This document shows positions 9,895-19,969 of a DNA stretch of 64,000 nt, piece by piece (positions within the stretch are counted from its first letter, which is position 1; every line of letters starts with the position of its first letter). Made by a program: the position numbers and the translations under genes. Source of the stretch: Candidatus Sumerlaeales bacterium (lineage in GTDB: Bacteria > Sumerlaeota > Sumerlaeia > Sumerlaeales > Sumerlaeaceae); contig JBBSQY010000003.1 in NCBI GenBank assembly GCA_038243585.1, forward strand, positions 32,001-96,000, written 5' to 3'. The notes beneath the pieces are model-generated. The model saw only the letters and a list, made by a program, of their open reading frames with translations, was not told the DNA's origin and searched no databases.

Positions 9895-11932
9895 GAGATT
9901 TCTGGACGCATCGATATCCTGCTGGATATTAGGTGCCTTTTTAACTACAGTTAATCCGGTCGTAGTTTATGGTCAGGAAAGTCCAGTTGTTCGTCAGGCC
10001 ATTATAAGTTCCATGACCGGCAATGACGAGGGCCTGAAGCAGGCTTACCAGGCTGCGCAGCAACAGAGGGCGGCAAGCCCCGGCGGTATTTCCACCGGGG
10101 AGGCGATCTGGTATCTTTATAATTCCACCCGCACAAACAGGGATGAGTTCCTGTCGGGACAGGAAATTCTGGCCGCAAATGCCAAGGACAAAGATTGGCA
10201 GAACCGGGTGCTTATAAGTCTGCTTACGGACGAAGTTTATGAGCTGAACCGCCTGGAGGGGCAGAACCGGTTTAACAAGTATACGCGAATCTTCAACCGT
10301 GTGAGCACGAGTCTCAGCCAATTGGTGATGCTTCAACCCCAGGCCGCGGCATCGCTGCTTTGGGATGGTATGTATAGCTTTCGACAAGGGAAGGCAGCGA
10401 CTGTCAAAGAGCGTAAGATGGTTTTTCTGTGTGAGCAGTTTCTGAAAAAATATCCAACCGCCCCGGAGCGCGCTGAGGTAACGGCCTTGCGGGAGCAACT
10501 GAAACAGAAAATGACTGCGGATCGTGCAAAGGCATTGTTAGCGGCGGGTCGCGCGGCAATTGCCAAAGGTGAGTTTCAGTCTGCCGAATGGCACTTGGAA
10601 AAAGCGGCTTTGCTGGCGCCTTCCGAGGCCGATACGGCCACCCTGCTTGCAGAGGCTCGTGTTCTAAAGATTCGCAGCGAAGAGGTGCGCGGACTTACCC
10701 TTGGCGTATCTGACGCAGAAAGACGCATGGCACCTGAACAGGTAGCTGCCGTCGGAAAAATTGCGCGCGCTTTAATTACATCTGATATTGAGACGCTTGA
10801 TGAGCTGCGGCGGAATGTCGCTTATGTAGGGGACAGCGTTGAGTTCGCTTATGCCGCAATCTCGGAAAAGGGTGGTGACCATGGCGCCGCGATTACGAGG
10901 TTGCAAGGTATAGCGGCGTCAGCGCCGACCAGCCCGGGTGGGCGAGCCGCGATTAAATTGTTGGATAATCCCAACTTCAACTTAAACGAGGGATATCAGG
11001 TTGCCCTTTCGGATATGGCCTCTGATAAAAGTCGATTTATATGGACTGGTAAACGCAGTCGGGATGAAGGCGTGTATGCTGCCGGTAGCGCGGCGATCCA
11101 GAGCGCATCAAATCCGGCGGGCGTACCGATTTTGTTTGGTATGGATGCGGCCGTTAGGGCCATCTCGGAAAAGTTTAAAACCCAGGTCAGCGTGGACGGT
11201 GTTATTGATGCGGGAGCGCGCTACCTTCGTCGGTACCCGAAAACCCCCCGCAGTCAGGAAATTGCGCGGCAGCTGGCGGAGCTTTCCAAAAAATCGGGTG
11301 ATTACGACCGAAGCATGGAGTACATGGAGGAAGGTGGCGGTGGAACTCCTGCCGATGTCGCAAAGCTCAAAGAAAACCAGGCTATCGCCTTATATGATCA
11401 GGTGAAGTCCAGCGGAGACATTCTGGAAAAGCGGCGCCTGTTAAATAAGTTAATGACGGACTTTCCTGATTCTAAGATTGCGAAAAAGAATGGAGTCAAG
11501 GAGCAGGCGAAGCTGCCACCCGCATTGGCGGATGATACGATAGTACTCCCTGGTAGTGCGCTGGGGCGGGATATGCGACTGGCTCAGTTTCTCGGCGTGG
11601 CACCGTATCTATTGGATGGTAACAAGGGGAATGGGGAAATTGACACTGAAGGGGTTGCCATCACGCCAAGCGCCGACGCAGTGGAGTTTAAGATGCGTAA
11701 CGAGGAAATCTGGCGCAGGGGGGCACTGACAAAAGAAGGGCGCGACCGGTTGCTTTCGGCCGCGCGCCAGTTACGTCAGGAGTTTATGTCCTCAGAAGAA
11801 GGAAAACAGCTGCTTTACCGTCAGAAACTGCCATTTGCGGTTGAAGGTGGAGTCGGAAGCGGCGGCGTCGATATGGCCCCGCAAATCATTCCTTATTCCA
11901 CCAGCTCACAAGACAAAAAGCGGTTCAATTAG
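9875..11932 (+). CDS. Exported TPR-containing hypothetical protein
   Basis: Long ORF with TPR helices and three (F/Y)LxxYP-type motifs. TTG 9875 gives a plausible signal peptide ending VYG-QE; start uncertain (track uses 9842). Confidence 0.65.
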   Translation: MQFGWSRRFLDASISCWILGAFLTTVNPVVVYGQESPVVRQAIISSMTGNDEGLKQAYQAAQQQRAASPGGISTGEAIWYLYNSTRTNRDEFLSGQEILAANAKDKDWQNRVLISLLTDEVYELNRLEGQNRFNKYTRIFNRVSTSLSQLVMLQPQAAASLLWDGMYSFRQGKAATVKERKMVFLCEQFLKKYPTAPERAEVTALREQLKQKMTADRAKALLAAGRAAIAKGEFQSAEWHLEKAALLAPSEADTATLLAEARVLKIRSEEVRGLTLGVSDAERRMAPEQVAAVGKIARALITSDIETLDELRRNVAYVGDSVEFAYAAISEKGGDHGAAITRLQGIAASAPTSPGGRAAIKLLDNPNFNLNEGYQVALSDMASDKSRFIWTGKRSRDEGVYAAGSAAIQSASNPAGVPILFGMDAAVRAISEKFKTQVSVDGVIDAGARYLRRYPKTPRSQEIARQLAELSKKSGDYDRSMEYMEEGGGGTPADVAKLKENQAIALYDQVKSSGDILEKRRLLNKLMTDFPDSKIAKKNGVKEQAKLPPALADDTIVLPGSALGRDMRLAQFLGVAPYLLDGNKGNGEIDTEGVAITPSADAVEFKMRNEEIWRRGALTKEGRDRLLSAARQLRQEFMSSEEGKQLLYRQKLPFAVEGGVGSGGVDMAPQIIPYSTSSQDKKRFN

Positions 11933-11973
11933 GATCCCATAAGCTGCGCTCCAGCATATAAACCATAAGCGGT

Positions 11974-12318
11974 TTAGAGTTCAGTCTTTGTCGCATTATG
12001 GGTTACCTGACCATTTTCGTCGTGCTGCGCGTATGCCAAAGGAAAGCCTGCGGCCGATTGTTCTTCATACGCCACAAGAACTGCTTTTTCCACGTAATCG
12101 CGCATTTCCTGGTTAAGGGGATGGGCTACATCTCGAAAAACCCCATCCTTACCTCGACGGCTCGGCATGGCTACAAACCGGCCATTATTGCCCTCAATGA
12201 TTTTTAAGTCTTTGATAATGAACGCGTTATTTAATATTATGGACGCAAATGCTTTTAGTTTTTCGTCGCCGCCCGTAAAGGGCCTGATTGTTACGCCGGT
12301 TATTTCAATGGAACCCAT
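11974..12318 (-). CDS. spoVG: SpoVG family nucleic-acid-binding protein
   Basis: KLKAFASIILNNAFIIKDLKIIEGNNGRFVAMPSRR..FRDVAHPLN; GGAG upstream of ATG 12318 (alternative start 12327). Confidence 0.95.
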   Translation of the reverse strand: MGSIEITGVTIRPFTGGDEKLKAFASIILNNAFIIKDLKIIEGNNGRFVAMPSRRGKDGVFRDVAHPLNQEMRDYVEKAVLVAYEEQSAAGFPLAYAQHDENGQVTHNATKTEL

Positions 12319-12396
12319 GGTGTACATCTCCAAACTAGGTTGTGTATCAGTTGTGCCAGTTATTACTGCAAGATGTATGCACAAACAGACGGAAAA

Positions 12397-13263
12397 CTAT
12401 TGGCGGGTTTTGGTTTTTGTAGGAATTCCTCCTACAAAAGTGGCAATTTTTCTCGCTTCGTCTTCATTTCGTACCAAGCCAGCGATAGTTGAACCACTGC
12501 CACATAAGAACGTACGCAAGACCCCCACCTTTTTAAGGGTCTTTACATAGTCGCGATACCATTGGTAGTTTTGTGCAACAATATCGAAGTCGTTGTGGAT
12601 AGCAGTGGCCAAAACCTCTGGGTCACCGGAGTTCAAGACTGTCAGGAATTGTGACATTTTGTACTTTTGGGCTGTTTCTTGGAGTGCTGATTCCCGAATT
12701 TTGTCAAGCTGTTTGTATGCTTCGGCGGTCGGTATCCGTTGATCGGGTATTATTAATACGAGCCAGTAGGTCGGGCAAGAGTGCAGGGTTTCTACAATTT
12801 CACCACGCCCTAACCCGGTGGCGCTCCCGCCGTCTAAGAAAAACGGCACATCAGAACCAATGTTAGCAGCAATCTGGCGCAAATCCTGGAGCTGAGCGTT
12901 TAAGCAGTACAATTGGTTGATTCCGTTTAGTGCAATAGCCGCGTTGGAGCTGCCCCCGCCGATTCCGCCGCCTTGAGGGAGAGTTTTTACGATTGAGAAC
13001 TGAAAGCCTGCAACTTTGTCCGGATATGCCTGCTGCATTAGGTTCCAGGCTTGGGTCACAAGGTTTGATTCAGCTGGGATGTCTTCTGGAAAGCCGTCAA
13101 GAATGCACTTATTATCAGACAACCTCGACATTTTTACCTGCTCAGAAACTTCGAGTTCCTGGTAGACGGTTTCAAGTTCATGAAAACCGTCTGACCGGAC
13201 CGGGCCGACTTTAAGCCACCAGTTAAGTTTTCCATGGCTTGTTCCTGATATCGCTTCTGTCAA
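12397..13263 (-). CDS. ispE: 4-(cytidine 5'-diphospho)-2-C-methyl-D-erythritol kinase
   Basis: GKLNWWLKV..RSDGFHELET, NLV, KTLPQGGGIGGGSSNAA, IGSDVPFF, GRGE, NDF, CGSGST. Confidence 0.95.
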   Translation of the reverse strand: MTEAISGTSHGKLNWWLKVGPVRSDGFHELETVYQELEVSEQVKMSRLSDNKCILDGFPEDIPAESNLVTQAWNLMQQAYPDKVAGFQFSIVKTLPQGGGIGGGSSNAAIALNGINQLYCLNAQLQDLRQIAANIGSDVPFFLDGGSATGLGRGEIVETLHSCPTYWLVLIIPDQRIPTAEAYKQLDKIRESALQETAQKYKMSQFLTVLNSGDPEVLATAIHNDFDIVAQNYQWYRDYVKTLKKVGVLRTFLCGSGSTIAGLVRNEDEARKIATFVGGIPTKTKTRQ

Positions 13264-15230
13264 TTCCCCGGTGATCCTTTCACGTCGTCGGCTATCTTCG
13301 TCACCAGTGCTTCGTATTTGCTTTCGGATTCAGGCAAATAGTTGTATTCTACCGCCCGTTTTGCAAACACTAAGGCGTCCTTTTGTTGCCCGAGCTCCTC
13401 TAATCGTTTTGCATAGAGAAAGTTGTACTCCGGGTTTGTCGGATATATCCGAATTGTGTCTTTTATATGGGCGAACGCTTCGCGATTCTGACCTAGTCTT
13501 TCATAAATATCCGCTGCCTGGGCGTGTGTGGAGGCGCTTTCCGGGTTTAGTTTCAAGGCTTTTTCAATCAGCATCCTCGCAGAAGAGATTTCTCCGCTGA
13601 TCGTGGCCATGGATGCGCGGGCGGCAAAAGGCTCCGGATCGCGTGGCGCCCATTCACTGGCCCGTTTCCATTGTTCTTCCGCTTCGTGCTGGTTACCCGC
13701 ATACATTGCGTCCCGAGCCATTTGTTTGCTGCTGGCTCCGACCAAAAACGGAGCTTCAAGGATCGTGAACAATGCGGTGATGCCCAGGAACCCTGTCAGC
13801 CTGCTGGATTGCCGGAATCTGAAGGGACCTGGCGGCGAGAGGGATCCGGTGCGGGCTATTAGTATTCCGCATACAAGGCCGAATAGAGACATGATTTCAC
13901 GCTGATTCCAGCTCACCTGGAGCAGACCATCAAATAAGATAAGGAAAAACAGCACCCCAAGCGCGCGATCAAAGGGGGTGCGCCACAGCCGCGCTCGCAT
14001 GATGCCAACTGTTACCGCACTAATAAACCACAGCGTAAATCCAAGGCCTACAAGCCCCGTTTCCGCCCATGTTTGTGCGATCCAGTTATGCAGATACTTT
14101 GTTTCCCGAGCCTCTGGGGGTTTAAGGCGTCCAAAATAGAGTTCCACGCTGCCGGGACCAAGGCCGGCAACAGGAGCCATTGTGATCATCCTTGCGCCTA
14201 CCTGCAGATAGAAGAGTCTCTCTCGCACAGTGTCTGAGCGCCAGGCCCAGCTGGATTTTGCTGGTTGGGACTCGGTAACAGACGTGGTTTGGCCCGTCTG
14301 GCCTTGGCTGCCTGCAGGTATAATCCCAAGCGCAGTGATAGTTAAAAGCAGAGCAGCAATTCCCAGTCGTGGATTGCGGCCGAAGCTTAGTTTCATCATC
14401 AATAAAATTCCGTATATAAAAAAAACGCCTATAGCATCCAGCGCCCCGCCTCGGCTGCCTGTATAATATATTGCGGCAGCGCAGGCAATGATGGATGCGA
14501 CACTTAAAATTCCCGTGAGCACTACTGGGCGGAGGCGAGAGATTATTATTTCGAACGATGCGCATAGGGACATCGCGGAGAATGTGGCTAGGGTGTTTGG
14601 GTCGCCCCAGATGCTGGCAACCCGGCGAAGTTGCAGGTGGTGCAGCAGCGCGGCCTCTGTTCGATCCGGAGTCCGGCCCCCAATGGACGCGAGCAGGGCT
14701 TGATACGAATCCGCATATGCAACATGGTACTGCCAGACCGCATGAAGCCCACAAAGGAGGCCGAGAGCCGATAAGGCCACCAATAATACGATCGTAAAGA
14801 GAGAATCAGTAAAGCCCTCTTTTGCGGTCGTTTTCGCCGGAGTACTATATAGAAAAAAGGCAATTCCAAGATATGTGGCAGACCAAAGATGGGTTCCAAC
14901 CGTGGTGGATCCACTGGCGGGAAAACCCTCTGCTGCCCAGCGTATTACAACCCATACCACTAATGCAAATCCTGGCAAAAGAGCAGAATGTCGCAGTACA
15001 GCGCTTCCGGCTGTCCTCGCCGCTGCGAAGGCGCGCATTAACATCAGAAACGCCATAGCCACTATAATTGGAAGCAGACACAGACCCAGCGCCGGATAGC
15101 TAAGAGGCGGATATTGCACTTGCGCGAGCCACAGGGTGATAAGCAGCAGTATTCCGGGCAGGTTTTGCCGTTGCGGACCAGTTACCGTTGCAAATTTTAT
15201 TGTCGAGGACGAAGACACGTTGCCCATCAT
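13260..15230 (-). CDS. O-antigen ligase / O-oligosaccharyltransferase-like (Wzy_C) polytopic membrane protein with C-terminal TPR domain
   Basis: RVASIWGDPNTLA, TGSRGG, R..PVAGLGPGS, HNWIAQTWAETGLVG; about 12 TM segments; C-terminal TPRs (ALKLNPES, IRIYPTN). Confidence 0.85.
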   Translation of the reverse strand: MMGNVSSSSTIKFATVTGPQRQNLPGILLLITLWLAQVQYPPLSYPALGLCLLPIIVAMAFLMLMRAFAAARTAGSAVLRHSALLPGFALVVWVVIRWAAEGFPASGSTTVGTHLWSATYLGIAFFLYSTPAKTTAKEGFTDSLFTIVLLVALSALGLLCGLHAVWQYHVAYADSYQALLASIGGRTPDRTEAALLHHLQLRRVASIWGDPNTLATFSAMSLCASFEIIISRLRPVVLTGILSVASIIACAAAIYYTGSRGGALDAIGVFFIYGILLMMKLSFGRNPRLGIAALLLTITALGIIPAGSQGQTGQTTSVTESQPAKSSWAWRSDTVRERLFYLQVGARMITMAPVAGLGPGSVELYFGRLKPPEARETKYLHNWIAQTWAETGLVGLGFTLWFISAVTVGIMRARLWRTPFDRALGVLFFLILFDGLLQVSWNQREIMSLFGLVCGILIARTGSLSPPGPFRFRQSSRLTGFLGITALFTILEAPFLVGASSKQMARDAMYAGNQHEAEEQWKRASEWAPRDPEPFAARASMATISGEISSARMLIEKALKLNPESASTHAQAADIYERLGQNREAFAHIKDTIRIYPTNPEYNFLYAKRLEELGQQKDALVFAKRAVEYNYLPESESKYEALVTKIADDVKGSPGN

Positions 15231-15397
15231 TACGCGGCTGCCTACTAAAGTATTTGGCCGGGAAAATGCGTAGTATCCTGATATGTGTCTGGACGCGAAA
15301 GTCTTATAGGCGCGACACTTGCTCTATTAAACTCCTATATTACCTCGATAACTACTTAATGTGCGAACAAGCAAACGAACTAACGGGACAGACGAAA

Positions 15398-15733
15398 ATG
15401 AAAAAAGCCACAGCTGCAGCAACAGATACATCACGCAAACCGACGCGAGTTCGACGTCGCGAAACCGCAAAACCACGGGTTGAGAGAATACTGGTAGGGG
15501 TTCGGATTGAACCTCGCCTCGTTAAAGTTATGAAGGCGCTGGCAGAGCTGCATAATTGCGCTTTGGGAGAGCTTGTTGAAAAGGTATTCTGGCATTCAAT
15601 GGAGGGTGAGAATGCATTTGGGGATAAAGGTAAACTATCCGCTGAAACTAAAAGGCAGATTCGAAGCCTAAAAGAGGTGTATGGCGTGAATTACGACATT
15701 AGCGATCTTGCCAAGTCAAAGGGCAACGATTAG
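15398..15733 (+). CDS. Small basic protein, probable ribbon-helix-helix DNA-binding fold
   Basis: RILVGVRIEPRLVKVMKALAELHNCALGELVE fits a strand-helix-helix pattern; start set at ATG 15398; ends 9 bp before rarA. Confidence 0.6.
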   Translation: MKKATAAATDTSRKPTRVRRRETAKPRVERILVGVRIEPRLVKVMKALAELHNCALGELVEKVFWHSMEGENAFGDKGKLSAETKRQIRSLKEVYGVNYDISDLAKSKGND

Positions 15734-15742
15734 CCTAAAAGG

Positions 15743-17125
15743 ATGGATTTTTTCGAAAGTACCGACGGAGTTTCCACGCGGAACACAGATTTGAAATCTG
15801 GGGCCGTGCCTCTTGCGGAGCGTATGCGGCCCGATACGTTGGAAGATTTTGTGGGTCAGGAGGAAGTTGCGGGTGCGGGCAGTCCACTTCGTCATCTCCT
15901 GACAGGCGACGAGAACTTGCGCTCCATGATTTTATGGGGGCCCCCAGGCAGCGGAAAGACTACCCTTGCCCACATCATTGCCGCTAACACTCGTGCGCGT
16001 TTTGTAGTAATCAGTGCCGTTACGGCATCCATTAAAGATGTTAAGCAGATTATGGAAATGGCTCGCCACGGGCTGAGGGATTCTGGTCGCCGCACGTTAC
16101 TTTTCGTTGACGAAATCCATCGTTTCAACAAGGCTCAACAGGATGCTTTTCTGCCGTTTATTGAAGATGGTTCCATTGTTTTAATTGGAGCTACCACGGA
16201 AAATCCCTCCTTTTCGCTGGTATCTGCACTGCTCTCCAGGAGCCGCGTATACGTATTAAAGCAGTTGGATGACGACGCATTGATAAGGGTGATGAGACGT
16301 GCCCTGGAGGATTCTGAAAAAGGTCTTGGGAATTCCGGAGTTTCCATCGAAGACGAAATTCTGCGCCAGATGGCCGGAGTCAGTGATGGGGATGCAAGAC
16401 GGGCCTTAAATCTGCTTGAACTTGCCGTGCAAATTTCTCCGCTGGATCCCGCCACCGGAAAGCCTTTAGTTGACGCCGACGCGCTGCGTCAGGTGCTGCA
16501 GCGCGAACATTTAGTTTACGATAAGACCGGCGAAGAACACTATAACACCATTAGTGCCATGCATAAAAGTATGCGAGCCAGCGATGTCCAGGCTTCTGTG
16601 TATTGGACTGGTCGAATGCTTCAATCGGGCGAAGAGCCACTTTATGTGCTCCGCCGCATGATCCGCTTTGCCAGCGAAGATATTGGTAACGCTGATCCTC
16701 AAGCATTGGCCATGTCCCTGGCAGCCCATGAAGCCTATCGGATCCTTGGCTCGCCAGAAGGGGAATTAGCGATATTTCAGCTAGCGGCGTATCTCGCCAG
16801 CGCTCCAAAGTCGAACGCCAGTTACGTCGCTGAAAAAAAGGTTAAAAAAGAGATCTCTGCCACTGGTTCGTTACCGGTTCCCATGCACATACGAAACGCG
16901 CCAACGAAGCTGATGAAGGAAATTGGCTACGGAAAAGGGTATCAGTACGACCCGAACTCCGCCGACGGCTTTTCCGGGCAGGATTGCCTGCCGAAACGGG
17001 CCGCCGAGCGGGAGTTCTATACCCCCGGCCCCCACGGCTTTGAACGGGAAATTCAAAAGCGCATGGACTGGTGGGACAAAAAAAGACAGGAACTGATACA
17101 GAAACCTGAATCAGACCTTACGTGA
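15743..17125 (+). CDS. rarA: Replication-associated recombination protein A (AAA+)
   Basis: PLAERMRP, LWGPPGSGKTT, FVDEIHRFNKAQQD, IGATTENPSF, GDARRALN, ASEDIGNADP, APKSNA, HIRNAPTKLMK. Confidence 0.97.
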   Translation: MDFFESTDGVSTRNTDLKSGAVPLAERMRPDTLEDFVGQEEVAGAGSPLRHLLTGDENLRSMILWGPPGSGKTTLAHIIAANTRARFVVISAVTASIKDVKQIMEMARHGLRDSGRRTLLFVDEIHRFNKAQQDAFLPFIEDGSIVLIGATTENPSFSLVSALLSRSRVYVLKQLDDDALIRVMRRALEDSEKGLGNSGVSIEDEILRQMAGVSDGDARRALNLLELAVQISPLDPATGKPLVDADALRQVLQREHLVYDKTGEEHYNTISAMHKSMRASDVQASVYWTGRMLQSGEEPLYVLRRMIRFASEDIGNADPQALAMSLAAHEAYRILGSPEGELAIFQLAAYLASAPKSNASYVAEKKVKKEISATGSLPVPMHIRNAPTKLMKEIGYGKGYQYDPNSADGFSGQDCLPKRAAEREFYTPGPHGFEREIQKRMDWWDKKRQELIQKPESDLT

Positions 17126-17204
17126 GTTAGGCGTGCCAGTAGTCAAATAGGTTTCAGAACATTACAGCAGCAGGAAAATCAAAGGTCAGCAGCGATGGTG
17201 ATTG

Positions 17205-18218
17205 TTACTGTTTCATTCTTTCAATGATCGCATTGGTGTATTCGGTGGTGGATGCTGTGCCACCCAGATCTCGGGTAAGTACCTGACCTTCTGCTAATAT
17301 GGCAAATGTCGCCTTTTCCACTCTGTCGGCAGCGTCAAATTCGTGAAGGTGCCTTAACATAAGAACTCCAGAAAGCAGCACCGCAGTTGGATTAGCAACT
17401 CCGCGGCCGGCAATGTCCGGTGCGCTGCCATGGACAGCTTCAAAGACAGCAATGTCCTGCCCGATATTGGCTGCCGGAACAACACCTAAACCACCAACGA
17501 GTCCCGCGCATAGATCGCTTACGATGTCGCCGTAGAGATTTTCCAGAAGTAGCACATCGAACTGGTGCGGGTTCATTACGAGCTGCATACAGCAGTTGTC
17601 GACGATGATCTCTTTGTATTCGATTTCAGGGTATTCCGTGGCCACCCGACGACAGCAATCCAGAAACAGACCGTCGCTGAGTTTCATGATGTTGGCCTTA
17701 TGCACGGAGGTGATCTGTTTGCGACCATGAAGGCGGGAGTATTCAAAAGCAAACCGGGCTATGGCCGTTGACGCTTTTTCAGTAATGATTTTAATGCTTT
17801 CGACGACGCCGGGCACTACAATGTGTTCAAGACCAGCATAAAGGTCTTCTGTATTTTCCCGAACCACTACAAGGTCAATGTCGTCGTATCGGGTTTTTAA
17901 AGCGGGAATGCTTTTGGCAGGTCGAAGATTGGCGTAGAGGTTCAGTTTCTTACGAAGGGCAACGTTGACGCTGGTAAAACCTTCACCAATGGGCGTAGCT
18001 ATGGGGCCTTTTAACGCTACACCGTTGCGGATTATGGAGGTGTAGACGGTTTCAGGGATGGGAGTACCATGGGTCACGGCGACTGCTCCGCCTGCGTCCT
18101 GTCGATCCCAATTGATGGAAACGCCGCTTGCTTCGATGATTTTTATAGCGGCGTCTGTAACTTCTGGACCAATGCCATCGCCGGGTATCAATGTAATGTT
18201 ATGGGTTTTTTTGCTCAT
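17205..18218 (-). CDS. icd: Isocitrate/isopropylmalate dehydrogenase family, likely NAD-dependent isocitrate dehydrogenase
   Basis: IPGDGIGPE, LKGPIATP..SVNVALRK, RENTEDLYAG, VHKANIMKLSDGLF, NLYGDIVSDL, FEAVHGSAPDIAG. Confidence 0.85.
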   Translation of the reverse strand: MSKKTHNITLIPGDGIGPEVTDAAIKIIEASGVSINWDRQDAGGAVAVTHGTPIPETVYTSIIRNGVALKGPIATPIGEGFTSVNVALRKKLNLYANLRPAKSIPALKTRYDDIDLVVVRENTEDLYAGLEHIVVPGVVESIKIITEKASTAIARFAFEYSRLHGRKQITSVHKANIMKLSDGLFLDCCRRVATEYPEIEYKEIIVDNCCMQLVMNPHQFDVLLLENLYGDIVSDLCAGLVGGLGVVPAANIGQDIAVFEAVHGSAPDIAGRGVANPTAVLLSGVLMLRHLHEFDAADRVEKATFAILAEGQVLTRDLGGTASTTEYTNAIIERMKQ

Positions 18219-18297
18219 GAAAAATATGTCCAGCTTTCAATTTACATTATCCCGGCGGAACTTCCGCTGGTTTAAGCTTACTTGGTCATTAAGAGGC

Positions 18298-19929
18298 ATG
18301 GAAGAAAGGCGTCAATCGTTGTTATTGGAAATACTAAAATTTGTAAAAAGCATGCCTCTTGTTTATATCGCCGCCGCTGCTGTGCTATTTTCAGGATGTG
18401 AGGGTGGGCGCCCGGACAAAAGCCAGACCGGCCCGCGCAGCCGGAATTCCATCGTTTATACCATTGGGAACGACATCTCCAACATGGATCCGGCGCAAAT
18501 GAACGATGTTGAATCTGCCCTTGTCGCCAACCAGGTTTATGAAGGGCTTGTGCGATTTAAGCTCGACTCCGTTGAAGTGGAACCGTGCCTGGCGACGACA
18601 TGGGATGTGTCAGCAAATGGGCTGGAATGGACGTTTCGCCTGCGGCCGAATGTGAAATTTGACGACGGGACATTGCTGACGGCGGACGTCGTCGTATTCA
18701 GCGTCATGCGGCAGTTGAACGAGAATCATCCGTATCATGTGAGCGGTCGAATGCGCTATGCAGGACTGCTTTTCGGCGATCCGACTTCAACTGCTTCTGC
18801 GCTGCTGAAAACAGTGGAGGCGGTTGGTAATGATACGGTGCGGTTTACGCTGGTTCGACCTTATATGCCATTCCTGAAAAACCTGGCCATGACTCAGGCC
18901 GCAATTATAAGCCCGACGGCGGCGCGTGTGTTGGGAGACGACCTGAACACGACGATGGTTGGCACGGGGGCTTTCCGCCTTGCGAAGTACGATCGGGATC
19001 AGCGTATCAGAGTGGTTAAAAACTCAAAATACTGGGGCCCAAAGGCGCAGTTGGATGAAGTGGAATTTCGCGTTCTACGAGACGCCAATACGCGCATGAA
19101 CAGCCTGCGGCGTGGCAACAGCGATTTGATTACCGGCATTGAGCCCTATTCGCTGAAGCTGTTGGAGATGGACAAAAATGTGACAGTGCTGAGCGAGCCA
19201 TCAATGAACCTTGGTTATATCGCTCTGAATTGCGCGAAACCGCCCTTCGACAACCCAAAGGTGAGACTAGCGATGAATTATGCTATTGATAAACCTTTTA
19301 TCGCGGACGTGCTGTTTAACAAGACAAGTGTTGTGGCGACGGGAATTATTCCGCCTGGGATGCTGGGTTACGATAGGGACAGGCCGGGGTTCCCGTTTGA
19401 TCCGGATCGGGCGCGTCAGCTGCTGACGGAGGCCGGTTTCCCGGACGGTTTCGAGGTTGTATTTTCCACTCATAACCGTGCGCGCATTTACTCGCCAGTG
19501 GGCGTCGTGTTGTCGGAACGCATCCAGCAGGACCTTAGTGCGGTCGGGGTAACGGCTGTACTGGATCAAATGGAGTTTCCTACATTTCTGGAGCATCAGA
19601 AATCTCGTGACTTCGTCATGGCCAACGGCGGATGGATATCAGACAACGGCGACCCCGACAACTTTTTGTTTGAACTGGTCGGACGGGAAGATAACAATTT
19701 AAACTACGTGAATCCGGAAGCGACTGCCCTGATGCGCGTGGCGGCGGCGGAAAAAGACACGGTAACGAGAGAGGAAATGTATCGGCGGGCGGAGGCAATG
19801 GTAGCGGAGGCACCGCCTATGGTTCCCTTAAATCACGCAAAGCAGATCATGGCCATTCGAAACCGGGTTCTGGGATTTAAGATGCATCCGACAGGAGTAA
19901 ATCGACTTGATACGGTATCTTTGCGTTGA
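18298..19929 (+). CDS. ABC transporter substrate-binding lipoprotein, family 5 (DppA/OppA-like)
   Basis: Lipobox LFSG-C; VYEGLV, WTFRLRPNVKFDDG, VGTGAF, PFDNPKVRLAMNYAID, GWISDNGDPDNF. Start 18298 or 18352. Confidence 0.93.
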   Translation: MEERRQSLLLEILKFVKSMPLVYIAAAAVLFSGCEGGRPDKSQTGPRSRNSIVYTIGNDISNMDPAQMNDVESALVANQVYEGLVRFKLDSVEVEPCLATTWDVSANGLEWTFRLRPNVKFDDGTLLTADVVVFSVMRQLNENHPYHVSGRMRYAGLLFGDPTSTASALLKTVEAVGNDTVRFTLVRPYMPFLKNLAMTQAAIISPTAARVLGDDLNTTMVGTGAFRLAKYDRDQRIRVVKNSKYWGPKAQLDEVEFRVLRDANTRMNSLRRGNSDLITGIEPYSLKLLEMDKNVTVLSEPSMNLGYIALNCAKPPFDNPKVRLAMNYAIDKPFIADVLFNKTSVVATGIIPPGMLGYDRDRPGFPFDPDRARQLLTEAGFPDGFEVVFSTHNRARIYSPVGVVLSERIQQDLSAVGVTAVLDQMEFPTFLEHQKSRDFVMANGGWISDNGDPDNFLFELVGREDNNLNYVNPEATALMRVAAAEKDTVTREEMYRRAEAMVAEAPPMVPLNHAKQIMAIRNRVLGFKMHPTGVNRLDTVSLR

Positions 19930-19969
19930 CGCACGGAATGGCGCAATTTGACGCCTCGGGATAATAGCT

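Noticed and set aside
11974..12318. spoVG as evidence of sporulation
   Set aside because: SpoVG is widespread in non-sporulating lineages and commonly lies near ispE.
18058..18297. N-terminal extension of the ABC binding protein
   Set aside because: Overlaps icd on the opposite strand, and the lipobox position requires a later start.
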